A stretch of 24,421 nucleotides of DNA, taken from an uncultured archaeon. GTDB lineage: Archaea; Iainarchaeota; Iainarchaeia; Iainarchaeales; DTGL01. A model generated the notes under the pieces. The model was not told the origin of the DNA and did no database searches. It saw only the letters and a program-made list of their open reading frames with translations. The DNA lies in assembly GCA_964551725.1 (NCBI GenBank), contig CAZKED010000019.1:1-24421 (forward strand). Reading direction: 5' to 3'. Positions within the stretch are counted from its first letter, which is position 1; each line of letters opens with the position of its first letter. Positions 1-7,348 of this stretch are shown here, one piece after another. The position numbers and the translations under genes were made by a program.

Positions 1-37
1 GAAACAAGGCAAAACAGATTACAATTAATCTCTTCAT
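1..37 (-). CDS. 5' end of a gene running off the window; signal-peptide-like N-terminus (MKRLIVICFALF...)
   Basis: Minus-strand ATG at 37 preceded by strong SD GGAAGGTGAGG (40-50); basic residues followed by a hydrophobic stretch. Not in ORF track because truncated. Confidence 0.7.
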   Translation of the reverse strand, partial: MKRLIVICFALF

Positions 38-97
38 AACCTCACCTTCCTCAACCGAAACCCTTTAAAAAGGTGAGGCATCGAACCATCGATACTA

Positions 98-179
98 TGC
101 AGGATGGCGGATTCGAACCGCCGCAGCCGCTATGGCACGGGCCCTCAACCCGCTCGGTTTGCCTCTTCCGTAATCCTGC
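98..179 (-). tRNA. tRNA-Leu(GAG), CCA not encoded
   Basis: Reverse complement folds as cloverleaf: acceptor GCAGGAT/ATCCTGC+A, anticodon arm GCGGG-TTGAGGG-CCCGT, long variable arm, T arm GGCGG-TTCGAAT-CCGCC. Confidence 0.95.
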
Positions 180-305
180 GCGCTGGAAGCTTTATAAGAA
201 ATACCAAGTTAATTGCTTTTAAGGCTTTTCCTTGCGGAAGATATTCCTGCGAAGCTGACCGCTGTCGGATGATAGATTAATAAATACCTATTTTATTATC
301 TAAAT

Positions 306-1103
306 ATGAATTTTTATGACGCCAACAGATTTATTGATTATGTTTTTCTAGTTCTGCTTGTTGCCTTTTGCGTCTGGCTGGTTTTCGGAACAAAATCAAA
401 AGAAAAGAAAGGGTGGAAAAGAAAGTGGTTATTAATAACAGTGTTCACTTTTCTCTTTTTGTACTTTTTTTGGTGGGCTTTTACAATGGGTTTTGTCTTG
501 ATTTTCTCCCCGTTTTTCCACATTTCCTTTGCCCTATTTTTTAGCATTGCACTTTTTTATGGAAAAAGCGTAATAGAAAAAGCATCTTCTTTTTTTGAAA
601 AACCAGCTTTTTCAGTTCTTTTGATGATTTGCACTATTGCTTCTGCTTCACTGTTTGGAAATGAAATACTTGAAGCTTCCACAGAAAAAATCAGATCACT
701 TGTAGAAATCGGCCTAAATTACAACCCTCAAAGCTTTGATTTTTTTGATTTTTTATTTTTGCAAAACTTGAACTCAATTATTTTGCCTTTCTATTTAATC
801 AGCGGCTTCATATTATTGGTGCCGGTTTCCTACTTCCTAAGAAAATCGCCCTCTTCTGTTGATTATTCCGATCAGGTATTTGCCAGAAGCGCTGAGCGCT
901 TTCTTTTTTTCCCTTTTCTGATAGCGTACAGCGGGATGCTCCTATGGAATCTCGAGGTATTCACCTATGAATTAATTACTCTTTTCAACCTTGAATGGCT
1001 TGCAGTAAACCCATATTTCATTATCACAATCTACGCACCTATTCCAGTCTGGCTGTTTTTGCACTCAATATATTACAAAAAAATAAGGAATTTGCTGAAA
1101 TAG
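306..1103 (+). CDS. Multi-pass membrane protein of unknown function, AT-rich
   Basis: 265 aa with about 6-7 Phe/Leu/Ile-rich hydrophobic segments; TATA-like TTAATAAA about 25 nt upstream; no recognisable motif. Confidence 0.75.
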   Translation: MNFYDANRFIDYVFLVLLVAFCVWLVFGTKSKEKKGWKRKWLLITVFTFLFLYFFWWAFTMGFVLIFSPFFHISFALFFSIALFYGKSVIEKASSFFEKPAFSVLLMICTIASASLFGNEILEASTEKIRSLVEIGLNYNPQSFDFFDFLFLQNLNSIILPFYLISGFILLVPVSYFLRKSPSSVDYSDQVFARSAERFLFFPFLIAYSGMLLWNLEVFTYELITLFNLEWLAVNPYFIITIYAPIPVWLFLHSIYYKKIRNLLK

Positions 1104-1155
1104 AAGGAAGGGTAGCTAAAAGAAGGTTGAAAAATAATTCAGCCGCTTGCAAAAG

Positions 1156-1623
1156 TCACTTTAGTTCCACCCTGATTTTCCCCTGCAGCGCCTGCATTTC
1201 GCCCTCGGCATAAGGCCTTTTCTGCCACTTGAAGCCGGAATTGTCCCCAGAAAAGCGCGGAATCACGTGCGCGTGGAAGTGCATTACCTCCTGTCCCGCG
1301 GCTTTTCCGTTCGCCTGCAGCACGTTGATTCCCTCTGCAGCAGTTGCACGCTTTACAGCGGAGGCAACGCGCTTTACAGCTGCAGCAACTTCCCTGAACT
1401 CTTTTTCCGGAATGTCGTGGATGCCAGAGTAATGCGCTTTGGGAATTACAAGCGAGTGCCCTTTGTTTATCGGCGCAATGTCCAGGAATGCGAGCACCGA
1501 ACCTGTTTCAAGTATTTTTGCGCTCGGGATTTTTCCCTGCACAATCCTGCAGAAAACGCATTCTTCCTGCACTTTTTCCCGTGCTTTCCCCCGCGGTTTT
1601 CCCTGCTTCTTTTCTCCGGTCAT
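1156..1623 (-). CDS. HIT family nucleotide hydrolase
   Basis: CVFC Zn motif, AFLDIAP, GHSLVIPK and histidine triad QEVMHFHAHVIPR. Confidence 0.95.
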   Translation of the reverse strand: MTGEKKQGKPRGKAREKVQEECVFCRIVQGKIPSAKILETGSVLAFLDIAPINKGHSLVIPKAHYSGIHDIPEKEFREVAAAVKRVASAVKRATAAEGINVLQANGKAAGQEVMHFHAHVIPRFSGDNSGFKWQKRPYAEGEMQALQGKIRVELK

Positions 1624-1630
1624 GTAATAA

Positions 1631-2005
1631 TTATGCTTCTATTATCTTTTTTAAGTTGATTTTTCTCAGTCTGAGTTCAAGGTGGTCGGAAACAATTGCC
1701 CTCTGGAGCATGCCGTGCCTCGCATTCAGGTCGTTCTGGCTGACGGAAACCGTTATGTTCGTGTAATAGCCGTCGCCGTCCCTGTGAATCTTCCCGTAAA
1801 TCGAGCGTATTTCAAACGGCTCGGAAAAATCGCTTTCAAGGAATGAAGCGCCCTTTCCCAAGGGAACGAGCCTGAAGTCGCGAATCCTGCCCCTTGCCTC
1901 CAGCGGAACGAGCATGTCAATGCAGCGCTCGCCCATAAAACTGTGGATTTTTTCAATGACTTCCTCGCCGTTTTCAATATCCAGCGTGACAATGCTTCCG
2001 TTCAT
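1631..2005 (-). CDS. PPC/DUF296-like protein, degenerate
   Basis: Size and pattern (IENGEEVIEKI, EPFEIRSIYGKI) resemble DUF296, but the usual HxH and GGH motifs are replaced; 7 nt upstream of the HIT gene. Confidence 0.55.
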   Translation of the reverse strand: MNGSIVTLDIENGEEVIEKIHSFMGERCIDMLVPLEARGRIRDFRLVPLGKGASFLESDFSEPFEIRSIYGKIHRDGDGYYTNITVSVSQNDLNARHGMLQRAIVSDHLELRLRKINLKKIIEA

Positions 2006-2100
2006 TGATTCCAGCTCTGAAATTACGCTCCAAAAAAGAAGGTTAGCTATGGAAAGAAGGAAGAGTTTTTAAAACTTTCAATCAAAATTAGAATGATTGC

Positions 2101-2625
2101 ATGCCGCGCGGAAGGGAAAGAGATTATTCGGACATAGGCCGGATTGAACTGAAGCACCTGAAAAGGAGAGCCGCAAGGCACGACTCGCGGAGGAAAAAAA
2201 GCGAGGAAAAGGAATTCAGGAAGCAACTGGGATTCAACGAGACCGCAGACCTCAGGGACTGGAAGAGACTGCTGAGGACAACGCGAGCGCTCGAGGACGA
2301 AACCCTGCACGCGCTGAGCGAAAAACACCACCTGGGAATAATGGAGCCGCCCGCACTGAAAGAAAAAAAGTGCTATGCGAAAAAAGACCTGAGCAACGAC
2401 GAGCTCTTTCTTGCAAGCTGCTATTTCAACGAACAACTGGAAAAAATCGGAGTGCTCGACCTAAAAATGAAGGCAATAGAACGCGGGTTTGAAGTGGCAC
2501 TGAAATACACGGAATCCGGCTCGTTTACCGCGGAACTCAGCGGGAAACTGGACGAAATGCGCAAACTGAAAGAGCAGTTAAAAATAGAGGAAATCGTCGC
2601 AGTGAAAAAGTTTTTGGAGAAATGA
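2101..2625 (+). CDS. Hypothetical protein, Arg/Lys-rich N-terminus, helical C-terminus
   Basis: 174 aa ORF with purine-rich sense strand like neighbouring genes; TTTTAAAA TATA about 2067-2074. Confidence 0.75.
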   Translation: MPRGRERDYSDIGRIELKHLKRRAARHDSRRKKSEEKEFRKQLGFNETADLRDWKRLLRTTRALEDETLHALSEKHHLGIMEPPALKEKKCYAKKDLSNDELFLASCYFNEQLEKIGVLDLKMKAIERGFEVALKYTESGSFTAELSGKLDEMRKLKEQLKIEEIVAVKKFLEK

Positions 2626-2635
2626 AAAATCCAGA

Positions 2636-2884
2636 TCAAGGGTTCCACTTGTGGAAGGACCCCCTCCTGCCGGTTGACTCTCTCCTTTTTCTCCTCGGGC
2701 GCGCCATGGGCAACCTCTGCCCTCTTCGCGTTCCCCATGACTTGGCACCCACAACCTCATTAGTACTTTTATGGGTAACCTCTTCAAGGGCACTTTTATG
2801 AGTGACCTGCCTAAGTTCTTTACCTGCTTTCCTGAAGCGCTGCAAAGCATACCTTATCCTTGCAACAATAAGCGGTCTTGCCAT
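2636..2884 (-). CDS. Small basic orphan protein with duplicated VTHKS motif
   Basis: ATG at 2884 preceded by SD GGGGTGA (2891-2897); fills the gap between the 2101 ORF and tRNA-Ser; the 27-bp internal duplication keeps frame. Confidence 0.6.
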   Translation of the reverse strand: MARPLIVARIRYALQRFRKAGKELRQVTHKSALEEVTHKSTNEVVGAKSWGTRRGQRLPMARPRRKRRESTGRRGSFHKWNP

Positions 2885-2951
2885 TCAATTTCACCCCGAC
2901 TGCTGATATAATTAGTGCTGAAGGAGTTTATTAACTTTATCCTGAAAATGC

Positions 2952-2997
2952 TTTCTTTTGGGCAACTTACCCTTTTCTTTTGCAAAGAAAAGGGCAG
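2952..2997. repeat. 46-bp palindromic element, copy 1 (3' trailer of tRNA-Ser GGA)
   Basis: TTTCTTTTGGGCAACTTACCCTTTTCTTTTGCAAAGAAAAGGGCAG, identical to 7303-7348; contains 11-bp inverted repeat CCCTTTTCTTT-TGC-AAAGAAAAGGG. Confidence 0.95.
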
Positions 2998-3083
2998 CGC
3001 CGAGGGCGAGATTCGAACTCGCGTGTACCCGAAGGCACACCAGGTCTCCAACCTGGCGCGTTTAACCGCTCCGCCACCTCGGC
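2998..3083 (-). tRNA. tRNA-Ser(GGA), CCA not encoded
   Basis: Acceptor GCCGAGG/CCTCGGC+G, anticodon arm CCAGG-TTGGAGA-CCTGG, long variable arm, T arm GCGAG-TTCGAAT-CTCGC. Confidence 0.97.
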
Positions 3084-3152
3084 ATTCTCCGCACAGCAAC
3101 GATAGTAATTAATTTGGAGAGAATTATTTAAAGGCTTTTATCCGGGGAACTA

Positions 3153-4178
3153 TCAGGGGAACTTTGTTTTTCCCGTGTTCACTATGAGCATTTTCTTGTT
3201 TTTTGGCAGCTTGTTCTTCAGCTGGAGCATTAGCGCCAGACCTGCGATACCGGAGGGCTCGCACTGCACGCCCTGCTTTTCCGCTATTGCCAGCGCTTTG
3301 TCCAGATAGTTTTCCCCTATCAAGTAGACATTGGATTCCTGCCCGCAGAAGCCAGAGGACTTGTAGAGCTTGAGCCACTGCTCGTCAAGGTGAACGAAAG
3401 GCAAATGCGGCGAATAAAGCTTGCTTGCCTTCGTTTTGGGGTTGTTTGATGTCGCGCCCATGAAATTGCATTTCCTGAGCTTTTCAACGCTGCCCTTGAA
3501 GCGCGGGTCGTGGTGCGAGGTGGAAACCTCTTTCTTGTTTATGTTGAGAATGTTCTCGTACAGATTGCCTGTGCCGAAGGGAATAAAGCAGTAGTCCGGC
3601 GAGGAATTGATTATTTCATAGCTCAGCCAGTCGTAAAATCGTGTGGTTGGGTCCAGGGCTTCGTTGGAGGTAATGTCAAAACCGGATTCGTTGTGTGTGA
3701 GAAGCAGGATTTCCTTCCAGTTCAGTGCCTTTTTTGAAAGGTTTGTTTCGTATATTTCGCAGCCCAGTTTTTCCATTGCTTTCAGGGCTTCCGCTTCAAT
3801 AAAGTTGCGGTCGATTAAAACCTTGAGGTTTGGAAGTTTGTACCCGCGGAGCATTGACTGTATTGCTATCGCCGCGGAACCGAAACTTATTATTGAAAGT
3901 TGGGGCAGCATTCCCTTAATCTGCCCGCGCTTTTTTGCGAGGAGAATGTCGCGGTAGGATACAACCATTTCCCACGCCATCCTGTCCTTGTGCGTTCCCG
4001 TTGGATTCTTACTTTCATCCTTCAGCCACACGTTGGTGAAACCCGGAACCTTAATTCTGTAAGTAGGCGTCGCGGGAAATTTCGGGGCATCTGGAGGGAA
4101 CTCCGGATTGTTTGGGTCGTTCTCCGAGGCAACGACAATGCTGCGGAAAATTTTTTCCTCTTTTCCTGACAGCGGCAT
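3153..4178 (-). CDS. PLP-dependent fold-type II (PALP) enzyme, threonine synthase/cysteine synthase-like
   Basis: WLKDESKNPTGTHKDR PLP-lysine motif, IPFGTGN phosphate loop, CEPSGIAGLA, VNTG. Start moved to ATG 4178 (MPLSG) because the upstream extension runs through a U-tract. Confidence 0.85.
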   Translation of the reverse strand: MPLSGKEEKIFRSIVVASENDPNNPEFPPDAPKFPATPTYRIKVPGFTNVWLKDESKNPTGTHKDRMAWEMVVSYRDILLAKKRGQIKGMLPQLSIISFGSAAIAIQSMLRGYKLPNLKVLIDRNFIEAEALKAMEKLGCEIYETNLSKKALNWKEILLLTHNESGFDITSNEALDPTTRFYDWLSYEIINSSPDYCFIPFGTGNLYENILNINKKEVSTSHHDPRFKGSVEKLRKCNFMGATSNNPKTKASKLYSPHLPFVHLDEQWLKLYKSSGFCGQESNVYLIGENYLDKALAIAEKQGVQCEPSGIAGLALMLQLKNKLPKNKKMLIVNTGKTKFP

Positions 4179-4265
4179 GGAATTAATAAGCCCGGAGAGG
4201 TTTTTAATTCTTTTCCGTGCCAGCGCGCAGGCGCGCTTGCGCGGAGAAAAAGAAAAGCAAAGAGG

Positions 4266-4335
4266 TGCGGGGATCACCGGGAAAGTTGGCTGGCGCCATG
4301 GGAATGGCTTACTAGAACCAGTAATAATCCCCGCA
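4266..4335 (-). ncRNA. Candidate ~70-nt structured small RNA
   Basis: Perfect 9-bp terminal inverted repeat TGCGGGGAT/ATCCCCGCA, two internal hairpins, TTTATTAA box 24 nt upstream (4358-4365) and U-rich tract downstream (4245-4262) on the minus strand. Confidence 0.55.
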
Positions 4336-4400
4336 ATAATTATTTAACCGAAAAAGATTAATAAAGGTTTTGTTTTTTTTCCCTGGCTGCGGAAAGGGCT

Positions 4401-4952
4401 TCAAAGGGCTTTTTTAATGCTTTCAAACAGCTTTTTTCCGGTTTTTGTGTGCAAATCCCTCTCGGTTTTCCTGAAAAAATCCCCCAAATCCTGCGTTGTG
4501 CGCTCTTTTTTAACGTAATAAAGCGCCTGCAGGCACATTTCAACCATGTCCATATCGCGTACAAACACCGCTTCCCCTGATTTCTGGTCGAAATACTCCA
4601 TTGATATAGCCCTGAGGGTTCCGCGCCTGCCTTCCGGCGCGGTTTTGAGAAGTTCCTCCATTGCACTTGCTTCAATTCTTTTCTTTTCGGCATTCGGCAC
4701 TTCCTGCTCGTGCTCGAATTCCCTGGTACAAATGTCGCCGCAGATGCTTTCGTGCAAATCGTGCGCCAAAGCGAGGGAAACGCACCTGCCGGCATTCAGA
4801 CCTTCCTCTTCCGCGTAAAGAAGGCACAAAAGCGCCACAAAAAAGGAGTGGTCCGCAACGCTTTCGGGCATTCTTACCTCTCGGACTTTCCAGCCCGTCC
4901 TCTCCAGGTCTTTGAGTTCCAGGACATTGAACGCGAATTCCAGGAATGCCAT
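4401..4952 (-). CDS. HD-domain hydrolase, YfbR/HDDC2-like 5'-deoxynucleotidase
   Basis: LKDLERTGW, PESVADHS, LAHDLHESICGDI motifs; start taken as second Met (4952). Confidence 0.9.
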   Translation of the reverse strand: MAFLEFAFNVLELKDLERTGWKVREVRMPESVADHSFFVALLCLLYAEEEGLNAGRCVSLALAHDLHESICGDICTREFEHEQEVPNAEKKRIEASAMEELLKTAPEGRRGTLRAISMEYFDQKSGEAVFVRDMDMVEMCLQALYYVKKERTTQDLGDFFRKTERDLHTKTGKKLFESIKKAL

Positions 4953-5014
4953 GAGAAATGCAGGGAGGGAAAGCAATTTAAACAATGCGAGTGCTAAATA
5001 TTGCTGGTGATAAA

Positions 5015-5559
5015 TTGCCTTTCAAGGGATTCGCCCACAGGGTCTCTTCCCCTGAGGAAAGACGCAGGGGAAAAAGAGTAAAGGACGCAGTGCGCAAGCC
5101 CATTTCGCTTGCCAGAACAATGGTAAGGAGAATCCGCTCGCCCAAAGGAAAAACCAGAGAAAGGGTGAGGGGAACGCTGCTCCAAACTGAAGCGCTGTGG
5201 AGGGCAATGCACTCACATCACCCCCTGGAACTGCCCGAAAGCCCCCATCCGATTGGAACGCTGCACGCTTTGGAAACAGGGGGCTTTGACCACCTCGTGC
5301 CGAAGAAAAGAATGCCGGCACTCGCAGGACTGAAGAAGGAAGCGGCAGGGCTCCGCAGGGAAATAAGGGAATTCGCGGAATCCCTTGGAATAGAGCCGCT
5401 ACTGGAGGGCGCAGCGTGGAAGGGGAATTAAACGAAAACATGCTTTTGTTCGAAATCGCCAAAAGGGAGAGGCCGGGCTCAAAGGATTACATTAGAACGC
5501 TCAAATTCCTCCACAAGAAAATGGAACTCGAGAAAAGGCTGCTCGAGCTTATTGAGTGA
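5015..5559 (+). pseudogene. Arg-rich orphan gene apparently split by a 1-nt frameshift near 5404-5410
   Basis: TTG start at 5015 with SD GGTGA (5006-5010); frame stops at 5431, but the -1 frame continues with natural-looking RSVEGELNENMLLFEIAKRE...EKRLLELIE to TGA 5557-5559. Confidence 0.6.
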
Positions 5560-5671
5560 ATTCCCGCTAGGGAAAAAACAGGACCAGCGCGAATGCAGAT
5601 GCTTAAGCGTATAGAGCCAAAACATTTAACTTTTTTTCCGAACATTCTCTGAAAAAACAGGGGGAATTTGA

Positions 5672-6781
5672 ATGAAGGATTATGTCGGACTTTTTGAGGG
5701 AAGAGACTGGATCGAGCCGGAAATGCTGGGAAAGAATGCTGAAAAGGACAAAAAACTTAACGACAACTGGAGCCGGGAGGACTGGAAGAAACTGATTGAA
5801 ATAGCGAAAGAATTGAAAGCGGAATACAAAAAGAAAATTCCGCACCCGCTTCTGCCCTCGCAGACGCTCTTCATGCTCTTCTTCAACGATTCACTGAGAA
5901 CGAGAAACAGCTTCGAAGCGGGAATGACACAATTCGGGGGGCACGCGCACTTTCTGGATCCAAGCAAAATTTATCGCCCCGCTCTCCCGGGAGAGGACGT
6001 GCCCTACAAAACGGAAAGAATAGCGGATGTTGCCCGCGTTCTGAGCGAGATGGGAGACGCCATTGCGATAAGAATCTACGGCGACGCCGTGCAGTGGAAG
6101 TACGCAAAAGGCCACAAAATAATACAGGAATTCGCGCGCTGGTCAGACATTCCCCTTATAAACATGGAGGACGACGTATTCCACCCCTGTCAGGCGCTAG
6201 CGGACTGGCAGGCAATAGACGAGCATTTGCGCGGAAAATACGAGAAGAAAAAGTACGTGATGAGCTACGCGTACTCCGGCGGGCTGAAGCCTTTAGCAGT
6301 GCCAACAAGCTGCGTTCTCTCTGCTACCATGATGGGAATGGACGTTGTCTTTGCGAGACCCAAGGGATTTGAACTGGAAGAAAGCGTTATTGAAAGGTGC
6401 AAGGAATACGCGGACACGTTCGGCGGCAGCTTCGAGGAATCGGAGGACATGAAGGAAGCGTTCGAGGGCGCGGACGTGGTATACCCGAAAGCATGGACCC
6501 CAAGGGATGCGCTAATCGGGCCATGGAACAAGCGCACTGAACCGGACAAGGACCTCGCGAACAAGTTGTCCGCGGAACACAAGGACTGGATATGCGACCG
6601 GAAAAAAATGGAGCTGTGCAGCAAGGATGCAATTTACATGCACTGCCTTCCCGCCGACCGCGGGCAGGAGGTAACGGACGAAGTCATTGACGGAAAGCAG
6701 AGCGTTGTGTTCGACGAAGCCGGAAACAGGATGCACGCGCAGAACGCGCTCATGGCGACAATAATGGGAAGGAAGGAATAG
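5672..6781 (+). CDS. Transcarbamylase of the ornithine carbamoyltransferase superfamily (AOTC/YgeW-like branch)
   Basis: SLRTR carbamoyl-phosphate motif, FHPCQALAD, MHCLPADRG, VFDEAGNR; lacks the DxxxSMG ornithine loop and has YPKAW and KPLAVP instead. Confidence 0.9.
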   Translation: MKDYVGLFEGRDWIEPEMLGKNAEKDKKLNDNWSREDWKKLIEIAKELKAEYKKKIPHPLLPSQTLFMLFFNDSLRTRNSFEAGMTQFGGHAHFLDPSKIYRPALPGEDVPYKTERIADVARVLSEMGDAIAIRIYGDAVQWKYAKGHKIIQEFARWSDIPLINMEDDVFHPCQALADWQAIDEHLRGKYEKKKYVMSYAYSGGLKPLAVPTSCVLSATMMGMDVVFARPKGFELEESVIERCKEYADTFGGSFEESEDMKEAFEGADVVYPKAWTPRDALIGPWNKRTEPDKDLANKLSAEHKDWICDRKKMELCSKDAIYMHCLPADRGQEVTDEVIDGKQSVVFDEAGNRMHAQNALMATIMGRKE

Positions 6782-6887
6782 CGCGGGCGAGAGGAAAACG
6801 CCCAACACTGGCAGCGCCGCCGAAACCATAAATATAAATAATTAAATACGTCTAATTTTACTGTACTTTGACTGATTGGAAGATTTT

Positions 6888-7223
6888 ATGCACAAGAGGA
6901 AACCGACCTACACGCCTCCAAAACGCAATTCAAGAGCCAAGAGAAAGGAGGAAACCGCCAAGAGAATGAGACTCCTTGGATTAAACCAGCCAAGGAAGCC
7001 AGCGAAGAAACCCAAAGCCAAGGGATTGAGGCACACTCCCAGAGCCCCAAAAAGGAAAAAAGGCGGTTTTGTAGTAATGCCAAGGAGAAGAAGGGAAATT
7101 TCAGAAGAGGAAGCAAGAAGGCAGGAGGAAAAACGGAGACAAAACATAGAAATGGGCAGGCGCGGCGGAAAGCACGGGGCTGCGCGCAGGGAGGCAAGCC
7201 CTGGCCACAGCAGGGACCGCTGA
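6888..7223 (+). CDS. Small, highly basic, probably disordered protein
   Basis: Arg/Lys/Pro-rich ORF downstream of an AT-rich TATA region (about 6829-6847); C-terminal GFVVM...REIS...MGRRGGK resembles a KGG-type motif. Confidence 0.65.
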   Translation: MHKRKPTYTPPKRNSRAKRKEETAKRMRLLGLNQPRKPAKKPKAKGLRHTPRAPKRKKGGFVVMPRRRREISEEEARRQEEKRRQNIEMGRRGGKHGAARREASPGHSRDR

Positions 7224-7256
7224 ACTGATTCTGAATTAGGCCCGGGGAAACCTAAT

Positions 7257-7302
7257 TTTCTTTTTGGCAACTTACACTTTTTCTTTCAGAACCAGTTTTT
7301 CT
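7257..7302. repeat. Degenerate tandem copy of the 46-bp element
   Basis: First 25 nt match copy 2 at 23 positions (core GGCAACTTAC at 7266-7275 versus 7312-7321, offset 46); second hairpin arm lost. Confidence 0.75.
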
Positions 7303-7348
7303 TTTCTTTTGGGCAACTTACCCTTTTCTTTTGCAAAGAAAAGGGCAG
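7303..7348. repeat. 46-bp palindromic element, copy 2 (3' trailer of tRNA-Ser TGA)
   Basis: Identical to 2952-2997 and in the same position relative to the tRNA discriminator base. Confidence 0.95.

Noticed and set aside
2641-2658. ORB-like GTTCCACTTGTGGAA replication origin box
   Set aside because: Single copy within a probable CDS, no G-string, no adjacent unwinding region, far from the cdc6-like gene.
4179-4277. N-terminal extension of the PALP ORF (likewise extensions at 8139, 9665, 13987, 18261, 20266)
   Set aside because: They run through TATA, U-tract or intergenic sequence; downstream starts fit homolog domain boundaries or SD sites better.
4266-4335. RNase P RNA, C/D box guide or tRNA half
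   Set aside because: GGGAAAGT and ACTAGAA only loosely echo RNase P conserved regions and the unit is far too short; no canonical RUGAUGA/CUGA boxes; no paired T arm.
7257-7348. CRISPR mini-array
   Set aside because: Only two units, one degenerate, no proper spacers and no cas genes in the window.
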